Assembly (NCBI GenBank): GCA_032718475.1
Contig: JAUCBJ010005778.1
Span: 1 to 62,694 of the forward strand
Reading direction: 5' to 3'
From: Nemertoderma westbladi
Taxonomy: Eukaryota > Animalia > Xenacoelomorpha
Length of the DNA stretch: 62,694 nucleotides
The position numbers and the translations under genes were made by a program. The notes under the pieces were generated by a model. It made no database searches. It had not been told where the DNA came from and saw only the letters and a list, made by a program, of their open reading frames with translations. Below, in pieces: positions 12,493 through 23,100 of the stretch. Within the stretch, counting starts at the first letter, position 1; each line of letters begins with the position of its first letter.

Positions 12493-15400
12493 GATTCAGA
12501 CATTCAGAACTCAGAACACCACCACCCTTAACTCTGCTGCTCTGCCATACCAGATTTCAAATAAATACTGGTACTTTAATACCATACGGTGTATCTGCCC
12601 TTTATAGGTCCTATATAAAATATAGGCCTACCCTGTTACCCCTATCCAATCATACAAATCTGCACCTAATGGCCGCCTCTACCTTAAGCCCACCAAAGCT
12701 GCATACATTATCTAAAGTCGAGACAATTACCTCATTTGAATAGTGGCGGTAAACATTGACGTATACACTCGCCCTTGATCCGGAATTCGCACGGTTTACC
12801 GAGGCTGGTGCTACTTGGGGTCAAAAAAACCCCAACAACCCGAACCGCGATCTCCAGGATGATCCGGGTCACCATACCAGTAGCCCGGTGCCGTACAGCC
12901 GCCACCCAACAAGCAGCCGCACTTGAGCTAATGCTTGGGCAGATTGCCAACTACGCCCCAATTATCTCAAGAAATTCCATTGTCCGCTCTACCACATCTC
13001 TAATTACCATCTGGCAGGTCATACGCCAGCATTACGGTTTCCAATCTACTGGTGCGAGATTCCTCGATTTTGCCACCATCCACCTCGAAACTGAGGAGAT
13101 GCCTGAGGACCTATATCAACGGCTAACTGCCTTCATGGAAGACATCCTCCTGTCCCAGGCAGGAGGCATTACCCACCATAGGGTAGCCCCCATGGAAGAT
13201 GAGGAAGTTTCCCCTTCACTCAAAAAATTTCATTGTCATGACATGGTTGTGCCTTATCCATGAAGACTTAACACGCCTTGTACAACAGCGATATGGAACT
13301 GAGCTGCGTTCACACACCCTGGCCTCCATAAAACCAAGCCTGAGCCAAGCATCCCCCCAAGCACTTCCCTCCTTGAGGAAATCCATGCATCAACCGAAGT
13401 GCGTTCCTTCTGCTCCCACACTGTCAAAGCCCGTCGACCAGGACCACCAGTAACCAAGCAAAGGAGTGACGCCCAACACCGACAGTTGTTGTTGCAACAT
13501 TCACGCACTAGCCCGACCTGTGCACTATGTTACCAGGTAGGTCGTCATCCTATAGACCATTTTCTGAGTAACTGCCCCTTTCTACCCGAACGTGACCGTA
13601 AATACATTACTCGTACCCATCTTATAGATCTTGAGGATGAAGGGGATGAGGAAGTTAATGATATTTCCGTTGTTGAGTTAGATAATTTTTTGGAGGACTC
13701 ACCCCGAGTCCAACGTGTTGCAGTTGTTCACTCCCCATATCTCGATGTATGTACCAATGGAAATGCGTACCGTATTACCCTGGACTGTGGATCCAAATCA
13801 AATCTTATCTGGGAATCACTAATGCGAACGCTAGGAGTAACTATATCGCCCAGCTCCCAGCAAGTGCCAACCCTTGCTGATGGTAAATCCACCCTCCTTG
13901 TTATTGGTGAAACTACCTTCAGTATGTCACATAAATCATTAACTTTTCCATTTACTGGCCTTGTAGTCTCCTCCTTGGGAACCCGTGTTATGGCTGGAAT
14001 GCCATTTCTACAGGCAAACAATATCAGCATTCGTCCTGCCCTTAACAGAATCACATTCCGTGATGGCAGTTCAGCCATATATACTCCATCATCACCAGCT
14101 ATACCTAATGTGTGGTGCATTGAGTCTACCCTCCTCCATGCTCCTTCCCACTCATCTGTGATATGGCCTGGAGACTCCCTCTCCCTTGCATCTGCTCCAC
14201 CCCGTATTGTTCCACAACAATCTGAACCACCACCTGTTGCTATTGGTCTGTCATTTGCAGCCGACATTATGCGCCAAAATCGTCAATATATACTACTTAT
14301 ATGTGAAACAGTATCATCATTTACAGCTGCATGCATCATCCATGATGAGCGCTGCAAGACACTTCGAGATGCATTACTTACCCTATGTATTGGCCTGAAT
14401 CCCCTCGATGGTCCACCTGCTATTATCCGAGTCCTCCCTGCACCTGCATTCCGAGCCCTTTGTAATGATGCTAGTCTTGCACATCACCATTTTCTCCTTG
14501 CAATTGGTCGCCCCAAAAATGTTAATAAAAATCCTGTAGCTGAGCATGCAGTGCATGAACTAGAAGAAGAATTATTACGCCTACAACCCACTGGTGGCCC
14601 CTTCTCACCCCTAAATGTTGTTTTTGCTGTGGCTAACCTGAATGCCCATATCCGCTCATGTGGACTATCCTCTCGCGAAATTATATCACACTGGGATCAT
14701 TTCACTGGGGAACAGATTCCCATCGATGACACTGCCCTCATTGATTGACAACAGCAGGTTCGATCAGCCAACCACGCAGTAAGCGAACACTCCAAGCTCC
14801 GCCGCCTGGCTGTAACCCCCCCCCCCCCCCCCCCCCCCACAAAACACACTCCGCATTGGTGATCTTGTCTATCTATACATAGATGGCAACAAGACAATGG
14901 GTCGTCCTCGTTACAATATATAATATAAATAAATATAATATATAATAATAGTATACAATATATATTTGCTGGACGTCAGCTACGAGCCCATGCCTACCGT
15001 GTCCTTCGGTTGGAATGCTACCGCGTGCCATATCGCGACCCACCCCCTGGACATTGTCCAGAGTCTTCGGATGAGGACGATGATGAGCATCAGCCCACCT
15101 CTACGTCAACTCTTCCGACTTCCACGATGATGAACATCAGCACACCTTTACATCAACTCTTCCGACTCCCATAGATGCTGGTGATCCATCGCATCGACAT
15201 TTGCCACCAGTGAACTTACCCCCACTGGGCGCCCCTCCAATCACTGGTACAAGCTCAGTACCTCTGCCATCTAACAGTCAAGATTGCACAGTGGCACCCA
15301 CACTGGCATCGTTACGCCCTCGTAATAGCTTACAGCCCCCTAATTATTATGGTTTTAACAGATCATAATCACCATATAGGCCTTTGTTGTTTTTTTGTTT

Positions 15401-15789
15401 ATGTTCTATAATACTATTTGTTAGTTGTTCTTGCATGTATATAGAAACTGAGAATACCATAGTGACGCTGTGGATATAATATGTAATCTTATCTATTAAC
15501 CATATACACAGACTAGAGAGCTTACCTCTATGTGATCGTATTGTAATATTTTCTATGTATGCCCATATTGCTTTATTATCTGTTAGTTATATATTTTGAT
15601 CTATTATCCATATATGTACACATTAGTTTATATCGCGATACTCTACTGTTTTGGGCACATTTATTTATATTTACGTATTTACACAGTTAGTCTAAAATGT
15701 ATATGTGCACTTATTTACCGTGAGCAAACCAGCAATCGTTAAACTGATGGCCAGTTCCAAACTGAAAGTAAAAAGAAAAAAATCAATTG

Positions 15790-16119
15790 CGCCAGTCCAA
15801 CAGCTCTGCTGCTTAGTGATATTGAGATTGCTCTGCTCTAGCCAATAAGAGCCGAGCACCAGTTAGGCTTGGATAGCCCCGGTACAGACTGACTCTCTAT
15901 TCTGTACCTACCGACCTACTACTGCCCCATTCCTGTAAGTCACAGCAGTATTGTACCGTGCTGTATTGTACCTACATTGCAATAATTATTATATAATACA
16001 ATAATTATATTCACCTTATCTGGTTGTTACCCAATTAACCTACTTGTTAATAAATATATAGTATATCATATTTTTACCTGCCTACTTTATTATCAGGGCA
16101 GCTTACCATCATATTGGCG
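15790..16119 (+). repeat. 3' LTR (330 bp, with small insertions relative to the 5' LTR)
   Basis: cgccagtccaacagctctgctgc...cttaccatcatattggcg; extra AT-rich segment around 16052-16095. Confidence 0.9.
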
Positions 16120-17564
16120 CTATAATTATAGTAGTAGGCCTAGTCAGTCTCATCTCTTTACTGTCAGTCCATATTACTTTGAAATAATTTACAGCATAAT
16201 TCTATGACAGACCAACCGAAATTAAATTTTGATTTTTGGGCTGCCGATGCTGGGATGAAAAATTTGATATGTCGCGGCGAGAACTTTGACTTAATTCGGA
16301 GCGAATTTTCGGCTGGCTGGGAGCGACTTTTGATTTTTTCGGCTGGCGGGGAGTGAATTCAATTCAACCTATACTGTTACATTATCCATTAGTATTCCAA
16401 CTATAACTCTGCACTCACAACGGCAACGCTTCCAACATTTCAAAACTATCTGACCAACTCCGTTTCCAACCGCCTCCTCCACCCTGATTGGTTCTGCCAT
16501 TTCAAATAGATTATTAGCTATTGAGCCATTACATTTGATATGAATTTGAGAATATTTGACCTATTTTTGAAAATTTATTACAATAATAAAATTTAAGTTA
16601 ATTAATAACTGTTTCAAGATGAGCTTGTACATCCTGATCATGGTTGGAGTGGTGGGTGGGGGTGCGCGGGTACAAAATACACATCTTAGAGGGATCATAA
16701 GATTCGTTTCTAGTGGGCGGGATCAAAAAAACTTTAGGGACCTAAATACCCCTGGGGTCTAAGGACTTGAGAGCCGCAGCAGCCAGGTCCAAGAACTAAC
16801 AGTTCCAGCTAGCCCCATTTTCTCCTTCTTTAACTGGCGATTATCATTTTGTAGCTCACCCAAACCAAGCAGCAGCACCTTGATCTGGTTTTTACATTCC
16901 TGGGCTTCCAATCTGGAGACACTGGTTCGATTCTTAAATGAGGCAGCAATGTTTTGGCACACAATGCTGCAGCCCATGCTTCCATCCTTAACTGTTCGAT
17001 AAATGGGAACTAATGTAACTCGGGTAACAGATTGGAAGATTTTACTGTGGAAGATCGCCCATGGTGGTGAACAGGCATTCCTTGGCTTATCGATGGATCA
17101 TTAAAGATTCTCCCATTCATTATTCTTTGTCTGGACTCAGCTTATAGGAACCCGATCAATTAATCCCAGTCTAGGAATATATCGGAAAAAAGCTTATCCT
17201 AAGAGATTTATTATATAGCCGAAGTTACGCATATTTGTCTTTTGATTAAACAAGTGATCTTGACAATTTTTGTGACCCTAATGTACTAATCTTCAGCTCA
17301 CTCCAACCACAATGATCGACTTAAGTGTGTGTAAACAACTTCAAAATAGTAGTAAAGCGAATAGTTCACGAGATATTGTACAAAGGGGGTTGTCATGTCA
17401 TGTTCACCATCACATTCATATGTAAGATATTGCACAAAAGGACCAGCTCGCAGCTGGTCAAACCAACATTGCATATCACCAAAAACAATGCGTCACATTA
17501 CGATACCTTAAAATTTAAAAACAATTAAATAAAGAATAAGAATAAAGTGATGGGCGCGACTCCT

Positions 17565-17660
17565 ATACCAAGTTTTGATCTCATCTAGTTTCAACTGATC
17601 CTCATTTTATCGACCCCAGTTGATGAATTAAAGCCTACCAGGGGCTAACTGTTAGCCGAA
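17565..17660 (-). mobile_element. Nin/Deu-domain SINE fragment
   Basis: Reverse complement ttcatcaactggggtcgataaaatgaggatcagttgaa matches the copy at 54753-54900 and the conserved Nin/Deu SINE core. Confidence 0.55.
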
Positions 17661-17943
17661 TTGAATTGAAAGGCTGAATGCTCCCTGGCTTTCGTCAAAG
17701 TAGAGTGATAATATAATGTAATTGTTGAACAAATGGATGAGTTCAACACAGTTAAATCATGGAAGACTAATCCAGCATTTTGAGCAACAACTCGATAACA
17801 TTACACCCGCTAAATCGATCACTGCAGTTTTAATAGGTCTATTATTAACACTGTGTTATAACTAGAAGTTTTATTTTTAGTGGCTATGTCGGATAGTGTC
17901 GCACATTGACTGAAATTGAAAAAAGTGATTTCCGGTGATAATT

Positions 17944-18644
17944 TTTTTTTTTTTTTTTTTTTTATTAGATACATATGTTCCAGAACATTTATTATAATAT
18001 AGTATAATGAAAGTAAATCAATTAGCACAATAATTAATTAGTAAGGACGCCGGACAATAACATTTCCCCAAAGTTCCACTCAACAGTCGTTCGTTCCACC
18101 AATCGCCACGCCTTGTTGGCCCCGCCCCAATCACTGGCGCCTCCAGCCAATGGTGCAGTCTGCCCTGTGGCAGTGGGCGCAACTGCGGCGGAAGGTGTCG
18201 TAGCCGCCCACTCGTCGCCGGCCCAGTCCTGACCGAGTCCCGCAGTCGGTTGGGTCTTCATATCGGCGTTGTTCCCCTCAATCCAGAGCCGTCCCCGAAT
18301 CCGAGTCCGCGCCAGGAACGCCGTCCACCTCGAAGACAGAGGGAGCTTGATCGCAGGAGGGCAAATTCCAGTCCCCGACGCACTCCACCCAGGATGCAGG
18401 CGAATCCTCGGTTCCTCATTGATTCCCGTCTTGCCACGAGGGTTTCAGCCAGGTGTCGGATGAGGATCTTGGCTTCTGCGCACCACACTCCGTCGGTGGT
18501 ACCTACTAGTGGTGTGAAGGCCATGCGCCTGTCTTCACATACAACATGGTAGTGCGACTTCTTCTGGCGTGCCCGCTGCTCCAGGAGGGACTCTGTCGAC
18601 CGGTTGGCCTGGATATACGAAGTTGCGTCAGGGTTGCGTCAGTG
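17944..18644 (-). mobile_element. 5'-truncated CRE-like non-LTR retrotransposon with poly(A) tail and 13-bp TSD
   Basis: Minus strand NPDATSY...QKKSHYHVVCEDRRMAFTPLVGTTDGVWCAEAKILIRHLA...FALLRSSSLCLRGGRRSWRGLGFGDGSGL resembles the C-terminal restriction-like endonuclease end of CRE elements. T-run at 17942-17963. TSD tccggtgataatt (17931-17943) / tccggtgagaatt (18645-18657). GC-rich relative to flanks. Confidence 0.8.
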
Positions 18645-19404
18645 TCCGGTGAGAATTGGTCGCATATGAAATACTAGTATTGTTTTGGTTAGAAAACAGC
18701 GACACTGTAAAATGGTCTTTTTCCTATATTAAATTAACATTTTACACCCAGTAAAAACATATTTCGTTGTAGCACCATTACTTTGCACCATTAACTCGGA
18801 TATGGATATATTGATGTGATTTTTACTATTTTCAAGGTAACCTGCACGCACCCATTAAGTCGATCAATGTGGTTAAATGAGCCTACTGTAAGAATATTAC
18901 TTAGGGGTACAAGAAGTTGGTCAAGACGAAAATGGAGTATAAGAGGCAATCGTCCACAGTGTTTGTGCTACATATAGATATAGTTTATTTGCATTAAATT
19001 TTTTAAAACGACTATTAGAATGAAAAGTAACATTTTTGAGTAACATATGAATATATATATGGAAACAATAAAATAATTAGGATTTTGGCCTTGTCTACAG
19101 TCAATTTATATATCAGTTAGATCAGGAAAACTGTACTTTAGTCAAGGACTTTAGTCCACTATCAGGCAGTACTGCAATGATAGGTCGGGTTGTCTGCCTT
19201 GGGGATGGCTATCCTCGGCCATGGGTGATTAACTAATTTTAAACAAGAATATAATATTATAATAATTTACTAACGAACTTCTGATCTCAACTGAGATGTA
19301 GTACATAAATTACTATTAAATTATAATAATTTAATATATTTAATAATAAATTATTCTCATAATTTATAGCGCCAGTCAGGGCAGAACAAACAATTTCTAC
19401 TAGC

Positions 19405-19510
19405 ATTTTATTTCTATTCGCGTACGACCTACCATCAAATATATTAAATTCAGTGCAATTTCTATATATTTAATATATAGAAATTGCACGTACGCGAATA
19501 GAAATAAAAT
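19405..19510. repeat. Nested fold-back palindrome
   Basis: Inner perfect hairpin gtgcaatttctatatatt-t-aatatatagaaattgcac (19453-19489); outer arms attttatttctattcgcgtacg / cgtacgcgaatagaaataaaat. Confidence 0.85.
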
Positions 19511-19512
19511 TG

Positions 19513-19778
19513 TTGCAGGATATTGCTTTCGCCGTGAGGACCAGCCAGTGCATAATCTTGTACTTTGGCAGCCTCATGGAGTGAATAAGCATGGTGGACA
19601 GCCCATGACTTTCTTGAGACGCATCTTAAAGGACACTGGCCTTGAAGATGCGGATGATCTAGCAAATGTCATGGGTGATAGGGAGTTGTGGCGGTGCAAT
19701 TTTGTCGATAAGCCGGCACAGCATTCTTAAAAATGTAGCTGCAATGCAGCATGCCGATCCTAGTAGTGGTAGTAGTAG
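19513..19778 (+). mobile_element. RTE-clade LINE 3' end with (TAG)n tail
   Basis: HNLVLWQPHGVNKHGGQPMTFLRRILKDTGL...MGDRELWR; near-identical to copies at 25076-25572 and 58253-58803; ends tagtagtggtagtagtag. Confidence 0.85.
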
Positions 19779-19811
19779 GATGATAAATATACATTAATAA
19801 TAATAATAATA

Positions 19812-19842
<31 letters not shown>

Positions 19843-22726
19843 TTATATCGCGCCTTTCTATGAACTTTAAACAAGGCGCCAGAAGTAAAAAGTAAAAAGC
19901 AGATCTCCTGCATGTACATAATAAAACAACATTCTAAAAAATACTTAGACGATAAATGAGTTAAAGTTCTTTAAAATAATATTTGCACAGAGTAGTGATG
20001 GCATCAATAATTCAATAGGTTGTTGCGTTGTTGTATTCCTGCATGTAAAGATATGTTTTGAGTTTCGCTTTGAATATCCCAATGGAGTCAGCGTTTCGTA
20101 TGTCATCAGGTAGCGCATTCCAAATGGTTGGGGCAGATACTGAGAATGCTCGCTTACCATAATGTTCCGAGCGGTAGCGTGGGATTACAAGTAGACCCTT
20201 GTCTGTAGAACGCAGTTCGCGCGTGGGATTGTACAATGTAAGCCGATTAATCAGGTAACTTGGTGCTGTACCACGAAGGCATTTGAAGGTTATCATTGCA
20301 ATCTTAAACTCTATTCTACGACAGATCGGTAACCAGTGGAGATCTCGTAATGTTGGTGTAATGTGGTCATGTTTCTTGACACCGCACAGTAACCGGGCTG
20401 CGGAATTTTGTACGAATTGGAGTCTATTCAATGTCTTAGCAGACAATCCAAAATAAAGTGAGTTATTTATATCTAGCTTGTTAGTAATAAAGCAATGAAT
20501 TAATATCTCAAGTGAATCTTTGCTCAGGTAACGTAATTCGTGCTAAATTACGCAAAAGGAAGAAATATTCTCTAACAACCACTCCTATCTGTTTTTCAAG
20601 GGTTAGATGCGAATCCATAATTAATCCAATATTCTTTGCAGAGGAACTACATGCAACATAGTCGTTGCCGATATGGATTGATTTCACATTAACCTGAGCA
20701 CCAAATGTCGACTGGAGCAGGAGGATCTCAGTCTTGTCTGTCTTTAGTTTCAAGAAGTTCAACCATCCAGATGCGGATATCAGCGAGACAATTTTCAGAG
20801 AGTTCCACTGCGTTTGATATTTCGTTCCGTTTGAATATTATGTCTAGCTGGGTGTCATCAGCGTAGAAATGACATTTGAGCCCATGCTGCCTGATGACCT
20901 CCGAAAGAGTTAAAGTGTAAATTCTGAACAGCAGTGGCCCAAGCACCGATCCCTGTGGAACACCATACCTTAATTGGAGTATATTTGAGAATGATTCACC
21001 AATACGTACCTGTTGTGTGCGATCTTTCAAATAAGAATGGAACCATGCCAGTGCAGGGCCTTTGACACCAATTTTATGCTCTAGAACTTCAAGTAATGTA
21101 GAATGTTCTACTGTATCAAACGCAGCACTCAGATCTAAGGCAATAATAAACAGACATAAACAACCGCCATCAAAACCACGTAGTATATCATCCATAACAT
21201 TAAGTAAAGCTGTTTCAGTACCATTGAACTGTTTATATGCACTTTGCATTTCCTTGTCAAGACTGTTAAGATTCATAAGTGTCGTTAATTGCTTTGCAAC
21301 TAGTTTTTCTACAAGCTTAGAAATATATAACAAGTTTGATATGGGTCTAAAGTTCTTAAGAAACTCAGGATTTAAACGTGCCTTCTTTAGGATTGGTGAG
21401 AGGACTGTTGACTTAAAAGCACTGGTCACTGTTCCTAATCGCAATGAGAGATTGATTATCAGGTTATGACTATAAGAAGGGGAGCCATCGCCATTTTCAA
21501 CAGACGTGTTGGTATAGGATCTTGTGGACTTGTTTTTGATTTTGAACCATGGATAAATTTGGATGCATCCTCAGTGGTTATCTCTTCGAATTTGTCCAGC
21601 TTGGGAGGGGTGTTATAATCCGAGGTTCTCCGAGGTTCACCCACCTCGGAGGAGTCGGGAGTGGGTTCACCAACCTCGGAGGAGTCGGGATCAGGTTCAC
21701 CAACCTCAGAGGAGTCTGGAGCGGGTTCACCCACCTCGGAGGAGTCGAGAGCGGGTTCACCAAACTCGGAGGAGACGGGAGCGGGTTCACCAACCTCGGA
21801 GGAGTCGGGAGCGGGTTCAACAACCTCGGGGGAGTCGGGAGCGGGTTCACCAACGTCGGAGGAGTAGGAACCGGGTTCACCAACCTCGGAGGAATTGGGA
21901 ACGGGTTCAACAACCTCGGAGGAGTCGGGAGCGGATTCACCAACTTCGGAGGAGTCGAAAGCGGGTTCACCAAACTCGGAGGAGTCGGGAGCGGGTTCAC
22001 CAACGTCGGAGGAGTAGGAACCGGGTTCACCAACCTCGGAGGAATTGGGAACGGGTTCAACAACCTCGGAGGAGTCGGGAGCGGATTCACGAACTTCGGA
22101 GGAGTCGGGAGCGGGTTCAACAACCTCGGGGGAGTCGGGAGCGGGTTCACCAACCTCGGAGGAATTGGGAGCGGGTTCAACAACCTCGGAGGAGTCGGGA
22201 GTGGGTTCACCAACCTCAGAGGAGTCGGGAGTCGGTTCACCAACCCCGGAGGAGTCGGGAGTGGTGGGAACCAATCCAAGCTCCGTGAGCTCATTCCTGA
22301 TGTTCCAAATTTTATTTTCGAAAAAATTCCCAAACCTATTTGCCAGCTCTTTTTCAGAATCATGGAGTGGTAGGATAGTCTCCCTGTGCTGTGGCGATGT
22401 AGTACCTTGTTGATTGCCTTTCTTTTTTCCACAACTATAGTTTCGTTGTACCATTTTTCAGAGCTGGGTTGACTTCTGGTTTTTTGTATCAATGGGGCGT
22501 GTTTATTGAATACATCGCTTAATGTGTCATGATATTGATTTGCTAGTTCCGTAATATCTGCCTTTGGATTTGAACATAGAGGAGATTCATTAATGTCCCT
22601 GATAAATTGGACGTTGTCTATTGAATTAACCTTCCTAAAAGATATCTTGACAGTTTGACGCGGTGGTTTTCTTAAAAATAAGTTAAAAAATACCAAGAAA
22701 TGGTCAGATAGTCCAATATTACACAT
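19812..22726 (-). mobile_element. L2/CR1-group LINE, 5'-truncated, frameshifted ORF2
   Basis: End of APE endonuclease (LSDHFLV), LKNFRPISNL, LDLSAAFDTV, GVPQGSVLGPLLF, FYADDTQL, HITPTLRDLHWLP, AFSVSAPTIWNALP; (TAA)n tail at about 19812-19840. Confidence 0.92.
21633..22262 (-). repeat. 30-bp in-frame minisatellite (about 21 units, PDSSEVGEPA) inside L2 ORF2
   Basis: Unit gcgggttcaccaacctcggaggagtcggga; a variant block recurs with a 150-bp offset (21841 and 21991). Confidence 0.95.
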
Positions 22727-23100
22727 TCAATTCAATTCAATGAATATCTGCCAACCAAACACTGTAGTAAGGCTTGTCTGGGCTTGGAAAATCCAATTTT
22801 GAGATTGATGTATGCAATCGCTCTATGTGATGTTGTTATTAAAAAAAACCCTGCATCTATCTCAAACCTAAGTTATTGAGAATTCCATTGAACAACTTTA
22901 CATTTTTTTAGATTCTACATTAAAATCATAGTAACTGGAACTAATTATTGCCTGAGTATGAAATATTGTATTTACCTAATTGTATTGCTTACCAGTGACA
23001 AGTTATTCTCTACAGTTTTTTCAACTTAGCTTAAATGTTATGAAATAAATTATTGCCAGTGTTTAAGTGATAATTGTCGATCAGTTATTTAAATTTTATC

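Larger units (their letters stand above)
12190..16119 (+). mobile_element. Gypsy-type LTR retrotransposon, internally deleted (gag-protease-integrase, no RT/RNase H), degenerate
   Basis: Two direct LTRs, PBS after the 5' LTR, purine tract aaaaagaaaaaaa before the 3' LTR. Gag starts at ATG 12669 and has stops/frameshifts ([11 protein letters not shown]...HYGFQSTGA...PEDLYQRL). Also a Cys/His knuckle (CALC...HFLSNC), protease ITLDCGS, and integrase core FAADIM...NKNPVAE. Confidence 0.88.

Noticed and set aside
21549-22413. Gly-rich and Arg-rich + strand ORFs
   Set aside because: Antisense readings of the 30-bp repeat; only the minus PDSSEVGEP frame joins conserved L2 motifs.
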